Positions 9,915 through 18,520 of a DNA stretch of 64,000 nt are shown here, in pieces. The number at the start of each line of letters is the position of its first letter. Position 1 is the first letter of the stretch. A model generated the notes under the pieces. That model had not been told where the DNA came from, made no database searches, and saw only the letters and a program-made list of their open reading frames with translations. The position numbers were made by a program, and so were the translations under genes. The stretch spans positions 1,460 to 65,459 of the forward strand of contig JAHEFX010000001.1 of the NCBI GenBank assembly GCA_024639975.1, written 5' to 3'. Origin of the DNA: a bacterium (GTDB taxonomy: Bacteria; Actinomycetota; Acidimicrobiia; Spongiisociales; JAENVV01).

Positions 9915-11033
9915 CTACAGGTCGCCGAGCTCGATGCCGAGCTCCTGGACGATCGCACGGATCGAGTCGAAGTCGGAATCGCTCGTTGCCGCAACGTTGT
10001 CCCAGCTATAGGCATCGAAGGCGGTCGCGAAGCCGTCCGGGTCGTCTGCCGCGAACGCCGAGATCGCGTCGACGATCGCCTGACGCACGTCCTCGGGGAA
10101 CTCGGGGCCGAAGGCGACGCCGTCGTTGGGGATCGGCGCCGAGATGGCGAGGATCCGCACCTGCTGGGCGACGTCCGGCACCTCGTCGGAGAGTCCGGCG
10201 CGTGCATCGTTGATCCGGTAGTTGTCGCCGCAGAAGAGGCGACCCTCGTCGTTGGGCCCGCAGGCGTCGAGGAGGTCGGCGGGGACGTCGGCGCCCTCGT
10301 CGGTGCCGTCCCAGAGGCTGTTGCGGTCGGCGTCGGTGGCGGGGCTGAAGAACTGGGTGCCGAACTCGGCCTCCCCGTTCACGATGGCCCGGGCGACACC
10401 GGTGTGTCCGCCGGCCTCGAAGCCCTCACCCGGTTCGATACCGGCGGCACCGAGCTCACCGGAGGGTACGAGGAAGCCGGAGGTCGAGCCGGGATCGGGG
10501 TAGGCCCAGGTCTTGCCGTTCAGGTCGTCGAGGCTCATGAGCTCCGAATCGCGCGGCACGACGTACTGGGTCCAGTACTCGGTGTAGCCGAACCGCTCGG
10601 CCTTGAGATGGATCGACACGCCGCAGAGGTCGTTGGCAAGGACATAGGCCTGGGCAGGGATGAAGCCCATGGAGCGGTCGGGCGCGGCGCACAGTTCCTC
10701 GACGGTCGCGGCGTACGACGCCGGGACGCTCACCTCGAACACGAGGCCGGTGGCCTCTTCGAGGGTCTGGTCCAGCAACTCACCGCCGGCCACGATCTCG
10801 TCGGCGGAGACGGACGGGACGAAGAGCACCTGGATGGGGTTCTCCTCGGTGCCGATCTCCACCATCGCCTCGGTGGTGGTGGTCTCCTCGACCATCTCCT
10901 CGGTGGTGGTCGTCTCCTCGGGTGCTTCGGTGGTATCCGAAGCCGCCTCGGTCGTGGTGGTGTCGTCGTCGCCGCCACAGGCTGCGATCACGAGCACCAG
11001 TACGGCCAATAGGGCCAGTAGGCGTTTCGCCAT
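9915..11033 (-). CDS. phnD: Phosphonate ABC transporter substrate-binding lipoprotein PhnD with a Thr/Glu-rich repetitive linker
   Basis: Lipoprotein signal MAKRLLALLAVLVLVIAACGG. Low-complexity repeat EETTTTEEMVEETTTTEAMVE. The rest matches the PhnD/SsuA-like periplasmic binding fold. Upstream of phnC on the same strand. Confidence 0.7.
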   Translation of the reverse strand: MAKRLLALLAVLVLVIAACGGDDDTTTTEAASDTTEAPEETTTTEEMVEETTTTEAMVEIGTEENPIQVLFVPSVSADEIVAGGELLDQTLEEATGLVFEVSVPASYAATVEELCAAPDRSMGFIPAQAYVLANDLCGVSIHLKAERFGYTEYWTQYVVPRDSELMSLDDLNGKTWAYPDPGSTSGFLVPSGELGAAGIEPGEGFEAGGHTGVARAIVNGEAEFGTQFFSPATDADRNSLWDGTDEGADVPADLLDACGPNDEGRLFCGDNYRINDARAGLSDEVPDVAQQVRILAISAPIPNDGVAFGPEFPEDVRQAIVDAISAFAADDPDGFATAFDAYSWDNVAATSDSDFDSIRAIVQELGIELGDL

Positions 11034-11101
11034 TCCTCACTCCTTGTCAGGTTCCTCCGGACGGCCGCCAGGGCCGTCACGTCGGGAGGGTAACCAGTCG
11101 G

Positions 11102-11689
11102 CTAGCGATGGAATCCATCCTCGCGAGAACTTGCCAAACGGCGAACCGAGGCCTCGAACTCGCTCCAATCGTGGACGTCGGTGGCGCCGGGGACCGGCGA
11201 GTTCCATCGGCGTACGAATCGATGGACGGCCGCCTCCGGGCGTTCGGCGACCAGGTGGGGGAGGACGTAGGGGCCGTCGTCGAGGTAGGCGTCGGCCAGC
11301 ACTTTCGGCTTGGCGTCGGGCGAGTGGATGCCGGTGATGTGGACCTCGTCGGTGGGGAACCCGTGCTCGGCGAGCCACTCCATCGTGTCGGCGCGCGCTG
11401 ATGCAGGCTTGGCCGTGATGACCGCGAGGTCATGCGACTCCGCGAGTCGGAGCGCTGCTTCGATCGCCCCGGGATACGGGTCGAGGTGCCGGAACAGGGT
11501 TGCCCCGTCCAGGTCCAGGCTCCATTCCCAGAACTCGTCCATGGTGGCGAAGTGGGTCAGCTCCGGGATGATGTTCCAGTGGGTGATCTGGTCTTCGGTG
11601 ACGGTGGCATGGAAGTCGCGGTTGTAGAAGCGGATCCAGCCGGAGTTGAAGTCCGCCACCACACCGTCGAGGTCTATTCCGAGTCGCAT
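11102..11689 (-). CDS. HAD-family 5'(3')-deoxyribonucleotidase-like phosphatase
   Basis: HAD motif I GIDLDGVVADF near the N-terminus. ~195 aa. Start re-called at the internal ATG (11689); the long track ORF 11102..13057 is mostly an antisense shadow of the plus-strand genes. Confidence 0.6.
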   Translation of the reverse strand: MRLGIDLDGVVADFNSGWIRFYNRDFHATVTEDQITHWNIIPELTHFATMDEFWEWSLDLDGATLFRHLDPYPGAIEAALRLAESHDLAVITAKPASARADTMEWLAEHGFPTDEVHITGIHSPDAKPKVLADAYLDDGPYVLPHLVAERPEAAVHRFVRRWNSPVPGATDVHDWSEFEASVRRLASSREDGFHR

Positions 11690-11722
11690 CCGGCTGCAGG
11701 CTACGGCTCGTAGGCTCGCTGT

Positions 11723-12673
11723 ATGCCGGAACGTCTCAAGCTGGGTGTCTCCTCCTGCCTCCTCGGCGAGGAGGTTCGTTGGAATGGCGGACACAGTCGT
11801 GCGCGCTACCTGACCGACGTGCTCGACGAGTTCGTCGAGTTCGTACCGGTCTGTCCGGAGGTCGAGGTCGGCATGGGCGTGCCGCGCCCGACCGTTCGGC
11901 TCGTCCTCTCCGACGGTGAGGTCGCCATGATCGATCCCAAGAACGGGACCGACTGGACCTCGAAGATGCAGCGCCATTCGCGCTCCCGGGCTCGTCAGTT
12001 GGCCGACGAGCACCTGGATGGATTCGTCCTCAAGAGCAAGTCCCCGACCTGTGGCATGGAACGCGTCAAGCTCCATCGCGAGGGCACGAGTCCGCTGACG
12101 TCCGGCCGTGGCCTCTTCGCCGCCGAGCTCATCGACCGGAATCCGCTCCTGCCGGTCGAAGAAGAAGGTCGGCTGAACGACCCCGGTATCCGCGAGAACT
12201 TCGTCGAGCGCCTGTTCGCGTTCCGGCGCCTGAAGGAGCTCTTCGCCCCGAAGTGGACCGTCGGCGACGTCGTGGCATTCCACACCCGGGAGAAGCTCCT
12301 GCTCCGGGCCCACGATCCTGCGGGCTCGCGAGAGCTCGGCCGGATGTTGGCGGGAGCTGCTTCGAGGCCGCGATCGTCGTTCGCCTCCGAGTACCAGGAC
12401 GGGTTCATGTCGTCCATGGCCAAGCGGGCGACGATCCGCAAGCACGTCGACGTGCTGCAGCACTCGGTCGGATTCCTCCGCAGGTCCGGTGACGAGGTCG
12501 GCCGCGACGAGTTCTTCGAGGCCATCGAGGACTACCGCGCCGGCCTGGTGCCACTGGTGGTGCCGGTGACCCTGCTCCGCCACCTGGCTCGCCGGCATGA
12601 ACAGGCCTACCTCCTCGAGTCGTCCTACCTCGCTCCCCACCCCAAGGAGCTCATGCTCCGCAACCACGTCTAG
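11723..12673 (+). CDS. DUF523 (TudS/YbbK-like Fe-S thiouracil desulfidase family) fused to DUF1722 (YbgA-like)
   Basis: N-terminal Cys-rich DUF523-like region LGVSSCLLGEEVRWNGGH…FVPVCPEV…KSPTCGMERV, followed by a helical DUF1722-like C-terminus. 316 aa. Confidence 0.6.
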   Translation: MPERLKLGVSSCLLGEEVRWNGGHSRARYLTDVLDEFVEFVPVCPEVEVGMGVPRPTVRLVLSDGEVAMIDPKNGTDWTSKMQRHSRSRARQLADEHLDGFVLKSKSPTCGMERVKLHREGTSPLTSGRGLFAAELIDRNPLLPVEEEGRLNDPGIRENFVERLFAFRRLKELFAPKWTVGDVVAFHTREKLLLRAHDPAGSRELGRMLAGAASRPRSSFASEYQDGFMSSMAKRATIRKHVDVLQHSVGFLRRSGDEVGRDEFFEAIEDYRAGLVPLVVPVTLLRHLARRHEQAYLLESSYLAPHPKELMLRNHV

Positions 12674-12710
12674 GGGGAAGAACCTGCGGCCGCAGCAGGT
12701 TGCACCCGAC

Positions 12711-13973
12711 ATGCGCCGCCTGCTTCCCCTTGTGACGGCCCTCGTGCTCCTCTCCGCTGCCTGCGCAGGCGACGACGCCGATCCGTCGCCGGCGTCGACC
12801 GCTTCCCCGGATGCCACCACGCCGGAAGCCGGCTCCACCACTTCGGGGGCCGGGGCGGCCGCCCCCTCCGGGGTGATCGTCGACGAGGACCCGGCCCTCC
12901 CCGATCTGCTGGCACAGGCCACCGAGCCGTGGGGGACCGACTGGACCCGCCGGACGATCGAGTTGGACGAGTTGCTGCTCGGCATCCGCGCCGTCGACCC
13001 CCGGGACCGCATCCGGCCGCTGGATGCGCCCCGGTTCTCGGATCTCGAGGCGACCACCGAATGGCTGCCGGACGACCAGCCGGGCGTCGTGGTCGTCGTC
13101 GATGGCGACGCTCGTTTCTATCCGCTCACGATCCTCACCCGCCATGAGATCGTCAACGACCAGATCGGGGCGGTCCCGATCTCGGTCACCTACTGCCCGC
13201 TGTGCAACACGTCCGTGGTGTTCGATCGCCGCTTCGAGGGAGAGACGCTCAGGCTGGGCGTCTCCGGTCTCCTCCGCAAGAGCGACATGGTGATGTGGGA
13301 CGACGCCACCACCTCCCTTTGGCAGCAGGTGAGCGGCGTGGGGATCGTCGGGACCCACGCCGGCAAGGCGCTCACCATCATCGCCTCCCGGACCATGAGT
13401 CTCGGGGCGTTCGGAGATGCCCATCCCGGTGGCCGAGCCCTGTCCCAGGAACAGGAGTTCGGCTCGACCTACCTGGTGAACCCCTACCTCGCCTACTCCT
13501 CTCGGGATGCGCCCTTTGGGTACTTCACCGACGAGCCCGACCCGAGGCGTCCGGCCCTGGAGCGAGTCGTGGGCGTGGAAGCGGGCGGGGAGGTGGCCGG
13601 CTACCCCTTCGGTGATCTTGCCGAGGTCAGGCTGGTCAACGACGAGATCGGTGGCGTGCCGATCGTGGTCATGTGGGGCGACGACGATGCCGTGGACAAT
13701 CTGGATGCATCCGACCCGACCAACTCGGAGGCCGTCGGTTCGGGGGTTGCCTACCTCGCGACGGTGGGGGGCCGGACACTCACGTTCGTCCCGGGCGAGG
13801 ACGGCACGTTCATCGATGGGGAGACCGAGAGCACGTGGTCCTTCGACGGCCGGGCGATCGCCGGACCGCTGGAGGGTGAGCAGCTCGAGGTCGCCGTCCA
13901 CCGCAACGAGTTCTTCTTCGCCTGGGCGGCGTTCTTCCCCGACGGCCGTCTGTTCGAGGTGTCGTCCGGGTAG
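12711..13973 (+). CDS. DUF3179-family secreted lipoprotein
   Basis: Signal/lipobox MRRLLPLVTALVLLSAACAG at the internal ATG 12711. DUF3179 core (…DAPRFSDLEATTEWLPDDQPGVVVVVDGDARFYPLTILTRHEIVNDQIGAVPISVTYCPLCNT…). Confidence 0.6.
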   Translation: MRRLLPLVTALVLLSAACAGDDADPSPASTASPDATTPEAGSTTSGAGAAAPSGVIVDEDPALPDLLAQATEPWGTDWTRRTIELDELLLGIRAVDPRDRIRPLDAPRFSDLEATTEWLPDDQPGVVVVVDGDARFYPLTILTRHEIVNDQIGAVPISVTYCPLCNTSVVFDRRFEGETLRLGVSGLLRKSDMVMWDDATTSLWQQVSGVGIVGTHAGKALTIIASRTMSLGAFGDAHPGGRALSQEQEFGSTYLVNPYLAYSSRDAPFGYFTDEPDPRRPALERVVGVEAGGEVAGYPFGDLAEVRLVNDEIGGVPIVVMWGDDDAVDNLDASDPTNSEAVGSGVAYLATVGGRTLTFVPGEDGTFIDGETESTWSFDGRAIAGPLEGEQLEVAVHRNEFFFAWAAFFPDGRLFEVSSG

Positions 13974-14041
13974 GCCCGGGGAGGACGTCCTCGGATCCGA
14001 GCAGGTGGTGCAGTCGGCGGGCTCCCCGACATGGTCGCGGC

Positions 14042-16279
14042 GTGCTCGATGAGGACCGGCGATCCCACCGCGTGCCTCGAGACATGCAGTGGCATACTCG
14101 CCCGATGAATGACGCCCCACCGAGCAAAGCTTTCGACTGGGGCGCCCTGAAGGCCGATTTCACGCCGAGGACGGTCGTTGCGACGCTCCTCACGGGACTG
14201 GTCCTCGCGATGGTCAACACCTTGCTGACCGTTGCCTTGGTCTCCCTCATCTTCCGCGGTGAGCTGGCCGATTCGGCTCCCCTGGGAATCGGTCTGGGTT
14301 TGGTCTCGTCGGCGGCCCTCGGGTTGGTCGTGGCCGTCCGAAGCAGTTTCTCGGGAAGCTACGCGGGAGTCCAGGACGCCAGCGCGGCGATCCTCGGACT
14401 CAGCAGTGTCTCCATTGCAGGTGCCCTGGTCGGACCGACCAGCGTGTCGACGGTCGTCGCCATGGTCGCCGTGACGTCACTCGCAACCGGGCTGGTCCTG
14501 TTGGTGATGGGACACCTCGGATGGGGCGAGATCGCCCGATTCGTGCCGTTTCCGGTCATCGGGGGCCTCCTCGCCGGCACCGGCTACCTGATCATGGACG
14601 GCGCTCTCGGGATCGTCGGTGTCGGCTCCGTCGAGGCGCTTGCTTCGCCAGACGGACTCGGCCTGGTGTGGCCGGCGGCGGCATTGGCCGTGGCCTTCTT
14701 CCTAGCCTCCCGGCGCAGCTGGAGGCCGAGCTCCTACCTCGCCTTCCTCGTTGTCGCCATTGCGGGCTTCCACGCCCTCACTCGGATCGGTGGGGTGTCG
14801 CGTGCCGGCGCCTTGGAGCGGGGCTGGCTGCTCGGGCCCTTCCCCGATGGCGGCTTGTGGCCCGGCTCGGTCCTTCCGTCGGTGTTGGAGGCCGATTGGG
14901 AGTTGATAGGGGGAGAAGCAGCCGGTCTGACGACGATTCTCATCGTGGTACCGATCACGCTCCTGCTCTACATCAGCGCGTTGGAGGTCGAGACCAAGGT
15001 CGATGTCGACGTGAACCGAGAGCTACGCGCGACCGGCTGGGGGAACATCGCGGCCGGCCTGCTCGGCGGCCCCCCGGGATACATGTACCTGGGCGACACG
15101 GCCATAACGGCGAAGGTCCTGGGACCGAGGCGTGGGCCTGCCCTCATCGCACCGGTGGCGGTGGTGGGGATCGTCGCCCTGGGCGGAACGGTGCTCGAGC
15201 TCCTCCCCACCTTCGTCATCGGTGGGCTGCTCTTGTTCGTGGGGGCCGAGTTCGCCTATGAGTGGCTCTGGAAGTCCCGTCGGAGGATGTCGGTCCTCGA
15301 CTACCTACTCATGCTGGTGATCGTCCTCGTGATCGCCTCGGTCGGGTTCCTGTCGGGAGTGGTCTCGGGTCTGGTCGCAGCGATCCTCCTCTTCGTGGTT
15401 CGCTACAGCCGGACGGATGTCATCAAACATGAGTTCACCGGAGCGGAACGCCGCAGCAACATCGACAGGTCCATCGGCGAGACCGACTACCTGACGGAGC
15501 ACGGTTCGGCGATGCACGCCCTCGAGTTGCAGGGTTTCATCTTCTTCGGGACGGCCAGTCAGATCCTGAACAGGTTCCGAGCGATGCTGGGCCAGCCTGA
15601 TCCTCCCGTATCGCTGGTGATGGACTTCAAGCGCATCACGGGCATCGATTCTTCGGCTGTTGCCGTGTTCGAGCGAGTTGCCCTCTTCGCTCGAGATAGA
15701 GGGATTCGGGTGCTGCTGACCGGTCTGACGGAGGCCCAACTCGGCCAGTTCGCGGATCTGACCACTGCCTACCGGGACGTGATCAGCCTCCAACCCGACC
15801 TCGACCACGGTCTCGCGTTCTGCGAGGAACTCATCCTCGCCGACGTGGAGTTCGTCGGCACCGCCCAGGCCGATCGCCTGCGGGACCTGGTCGGTGAACT
15901 CGGTGCCCACCTGGAACACAGGCGGTTCGACAAGGGAGATGTCCTGATGCGGCAAGGTGACCCGTCGCCGGGTCTCTATCTCATTCGCTCGGGTCAGGCG
16001 ACGGTCTTGTTGGATGTCGATGGGCGAGCCTCGACGCGGCTCAGGACGCTCCTTCCTGGCACGGTGCTGGGCGAGATCAGCCTCTACCGGGACGAACCGT
16101 GCGTTGCCACCGTCGTGGTGGACGAGGAGTCCGAGATCCTGCATCTGACCCCGGACGGGTTCGCTGCCCTCTGCAGCCAGGATCCCGCCGGCGCCGCCAA
16201 GCTGCATGCATTCGTCGCCCGGGTCCTGGCCGGTCGGGTCAGCCATGCCAACAAGGCGATCCAGGTGCTCCTCGAGTAG
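14042..16279 (+). CDS. SulP-family anion (sulfate/bicarbonate) permease with STAS domain fused to a C-terminal cyclic-nucleotide-binding (CAP-like) domain
   Basis: SulP TM core ~500 aa. STAS region (…ALELQGFIFFGTASQI…VMDFKRITGIDSSAV…) followed by a cNMP-binding domain (…FDKGDVLMRQGDPSPGLYLIRSGQATV…LGEISLYRDEPCVATVV…). The true start may be the internal Met at 14084 (MQWHTRP) or 14105. Confidence 0.8.
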   Translation: MLDEDRRSHRVPRDMQWHTRPMNDAPPSKAFDWGALKADFTPRTVVATLLTGLVLAMVNTLLTVALVSLIFRGELADSAPLGIGLGLVSSAALGLVVAVRSSFSGSYAGVQDASAAILGLSSVSIAGALVGPTSVSTVVAMVAVTSLATGLVLLVMGHLGWGEIARFVPFPVIGGLLAGTGYLIMDGALGIVGVGSVEALASPDGLGLVWPAAALAVAFFLASRRSWRPSSYLAFLVVAIAGFHALTRIGGVSRAGALERGWLLGPFPDGGLWPGSVLPSVLEADWELIGGEAAGLTTILIVVPITLLLYISALEVETKVDVDVNRELRATGWGNIAAGLLGGPPGYMYLGDTAITAKVLGPRRGPALIAPVAVVGIVALGGTVLELLPTFVIGGLLLFVGAEFAYEWLWKSRRRMSVLDYLLMLVIVLVIASVGFLSGVVSGLVAAILLFVVRYSRTDVIKHEFTGAERRSNIDRSIGETDYLTEHGSAMHALELQGFIFFGTASQILNRFRAMLGQPDPPVSLVMDFKRITGIDSSAVAVFERVALFARDRGIRVLLTGLTEAQLGQFADLTTAYRDVISLQPDLDHGLAFCEELILADVEFVGTAQADRLRDLVGELGAHLEHRRFDKGDVLMRQGDPSPGLYLIRSGQATVLLDVDGRASTRLRTLLPGTVLGEISLYRDEPCVATVVVDEESEILHLTPDGFAALCSQDPAGAAKLHAFVARVLAGRVSHANKAIQVLLE

Positions 16280-16311
16280 CCGTGCGCCGAGCTCGGCGTC
16301 GACTCGGCTGC

Positions 16312-17007
16312 CTAGACCACCGAATCGAGCCAGGCGGCGACGGCGCCCGGATTGGTGACGGCGATGTCATGGGGGCCGTCGAGCAGGGCGTAGGGCTCAC
16401 TCCTGTTGTCCATCGCCGACCGGGTTCTCCAGCACGGGTAGATCTCGGGCGTCGCCGAACAGAACGCGAAATGGGCAGGCAGCGCTGCAGCATCCTCGTC
16501 GGAGAAGCGAAGGGGCTCCAGCGATGGGAGCACCGGCTGGGGCGTGACCAAGGCGTTCATCCAATCGGCGTCGGCGGCCGACAGGTCCGGTCCTGCCTCG
16601 AGGGGGAGTGGGGGCAGCGATGCAACGGGGTCGATCTCGGGGATGGTCCGCCCTTCCCACGACGGGGGCTGGAGGTCTATCGCCCGCAGGCCGTCCTCGG
16701 GAATGGGGGCGTCGAGGTAGGCGATCGCCGAGAATGAACCCGGCGAGCGCTCGGCCGCAACGCGGGCCACGACCCCGCCCTGCGAGTGGCCCACGAGGAC
16801 CGGGTCGACCATGTTGCGAGCCGTGGCGAGGACGGCATCGGTGTAGTCGGTCATGGTCACGGGCGGGTGGTCCTGGCGCCATTTCGATCCGGCGTTCGGC
16901 AGGTCGACGGCCACGGCTCGGTGTCCGAGCGACCCCAGCTCCGGGATGAGCCGGTCCCAAGCCCATGCACCCCGGAAGGCGCCGTGGATCAGGAGGAAGC
17001 TCGCCAA
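16312..17007 (-). CDS. Alpha/beta-hydrolase (methylesterase/salicylate-esterase-like)
   Basis: FLLIHGAFRGAWAWD N-terminus and nucleophile elbow VGHSQGG. 231 aa. Confidence 0.7.
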   Translation of the reverse strand: MASFLLIHGAFRGAWAWDRLIPELGSLGHRAVAVDLPNAGSKWRQDHPPVTMTDYTDAVLATARNMVDPVLVGHSQGGVVARVAAERSPGSFSAIAYLDAPIPEDGLRAIDLQPPSWEGRTIPEIDPVASLPPLPLEAGPDLSAADADWMNALVTPQPVLPSLEPLRFSDEDAAALPAHFAFCSATPEIYPCWRTRSAMDNRSEPYALLDGPHDIAVTNPGAVAAWLDSVV

Positions 17008-17312
17008 GCGTCCTCCGTGGTCGTGACGACGTCGGCGTAGGCGCGCACGTACCCGCCCTCGTACTTGGAAGGGTCCACGTGCGTCGAGAGGTCGTCGATG
17101 TGCTTGCGGTACTCGGCGATCTCGATGATCGCCTCGTAGTCGCCGACCGACTGCCAGACCCTCAGGTTCACCAGGTGGCAGGGATCCTCGGTGTCACGGA
17201 CGAGCGTGCGCGACACGAAGCCGGGCTGGGCCTCGAGGAAGGCGTTGAACGCCGCCGACTTGGCGATGTACTGCTCGGCGTGGTCGGGGTCCCAGGTCCA
17301 CGCATGGCTCAT
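16989..17312 (-). CDS. Antibiotic-biosynthesis-monooxygenase (ABM/Dabb) domain protein
   Basis: ~107-aa ferredoxin-like ABM region (…FLEAQPGFVSRTLVRDTEDPCHLVNLRVWQSVGDYEAI…). Start re-called at the internal ATG 17312; the rest of the track ORF is antisense to the protease gene. Confidence 0.5.
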   Translation of the reverse strand: MSHAWTWDPDHAEQYIAKSAAFNAFLEAQPGFVSRTLVRDTEDPCHLVNLRVWQSVGDYEAIIEIAEYRKHIDDLSTHVDPSKYEGGYVRAYADVVTTTEDAWRASS

Positions 17313-17396
17313 GACGATCTGCACGGTCGCAGGGTAGGGATCCCGGCAGGGGCTGGGGCGCACGTGAACGATCCGTCCGGCGATATCGTCGGTCGC

Positions 17397-18365
17397 ATGC
17401 GAACGGCCCTCGTCCTCCTGGTCCTGTCCCTGTCGACCGTGGCATGCGCCGGGGAGGCCGCTTCGGGTCCCGACCCGCTCCTCGGCGACCAGTACGCCAT
17501 CTCGGAGCTCCGGCTCGAGTCGGCCTGGGAGACAACACGGGGCGCCGGCGTGACCATCGCCATCATCGACTCCGGTGTCGATCTCGACCACCCCGACCTG
17601 CAGGACAATCTCCTGGAAGGCAAGGACTACGTCGATGGGGATCGGCGGCCCGACGACGAGAATGGTCATGGCACCCACGTGGCCGGCATCGCCGCCGCCG
17701 TGGCGGGCAACGGCGTCGGTATCGCCGGAGCGGCACCCGACGCCAAGATCCTGCCGATCCGCGTCCTCGATGCAGACGGTCTCGGTGACCCGGTCGCCAT
17801 CGCCGAGTCGGTGACCTGGGCGGTCGAGAACGGCGCCGACGTCATCAACCTCTCGCTCGGTGGCTCCTCGGACCTGCTCGGCCGGATCTTCAACAAGGTG
17901 AGTCCGATGAACGGGGCCATCGACGATGCGGTCGCCCAAGGCGTCCTCGTCGTGGCTGCGGCCGGCAACGACAGCACATTCCTGACTGCCTTCAACAAGG
18001 ACACCCCGGTCATCGTCGTGAACGCCTCGAACGAGGCGAACCTCCCGGCCGGGTTCTCGAACTTCGGTGACCCGCGGGCCGTGACGGCACCCGGTGCGCG
18101 GATCCTGTCGACCGCCCCACTCGAGCCGACGACCATCTGGCCGGAGGGGAGCGAGGGCTATGAACAACTGTCGGGCACGTCGATGGCCTCGCCCTATGTG
18201 GCCGGTGTCGGCGCCCTGCTGATCGCCCAGGGATTGACCCCCGGCGAGGTCTGGGATGTGCTCGTCTCCACGACTCGGGACCCGCAGGGGATCTTCATCC
18301 TCTCTGCCGGTTTGGTGGACGCCGGAGCAGCCGTCGTCGCCGCTGCGGAGGTGTCCGGCGGGTGA
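17397..18365 (+). CDS. Secreted subtilisin-like serine protease (peptidase S8)
   Basis: Signal peptide MRTALVLLVLSLSTVACA. Catalytic triad motifs IDSGVDLDHPDL (Asp), HGTHVAGIAAA (His), GTSMASPYVAGV (Ser). Confidence 0.8.
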   Translation: MRTALVLLVLSLSTVACAGEAASGPDPLLGDQYAISELRLESAWETTRGAGVTIAIIDSGVDLDHPDLQDNLLEGKDYVDGDRRPDDENGHGTHVAGIAAAVAGNGVGIAGAAPDAKILPIRVLDADGLGDPVAIAESVTWAVENGADVINLSLGGSSDLLGRIFNKVSPMNGAIDDAVAQGVLVVAAAGNDSTFLTAFNKDTPVIVVNASNEANLPAGFSNFGDPRAVTAPGARILSTAPLEPTTIWPEGSEGYEQLSGTSMASPYVAGVGALLIAQGLTPGEVWDVLVSTTRDPQGIFILSAGLVDAGAAVVAAAEVSGG

Positions 18366-18407
18366 ACGGGGTATGGCCCGATCGATAGATAAGGGGTTCA
18401 CAAGGAC

Positions 18408-18432
18408 GGAATCCTGTGACATGATGCCCGTT
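18408..18432 (+). promoter_or_regulatory. Putative ECF-sigma (SigE/SigH-type) promoter upstream of the SigB-like gene: GGAATC-N16-cGTT
   Basis: GGAATC at 18408-18413, a 16-nt spacer, then cGTT ending at 18432, ~90 nt upstream of the ATG. Matches the actinobacterial ECF consensus GGAAC-N16-18-cGTT. A direct repeat ATCCGTGCCAmCCCyT (18453-18468 and 18485-18500) lies in the 5' UTR region. Confidence 0.4.
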
Positions 18433-18520
18433 CGAGCGTTCCCCTGCCCACATCCGTGCCAACCCCTGTGGGCGCTCTGCATCCAAATCCGTGCCACCCC
18501 TTCTCCCTGAGGTAACACCC

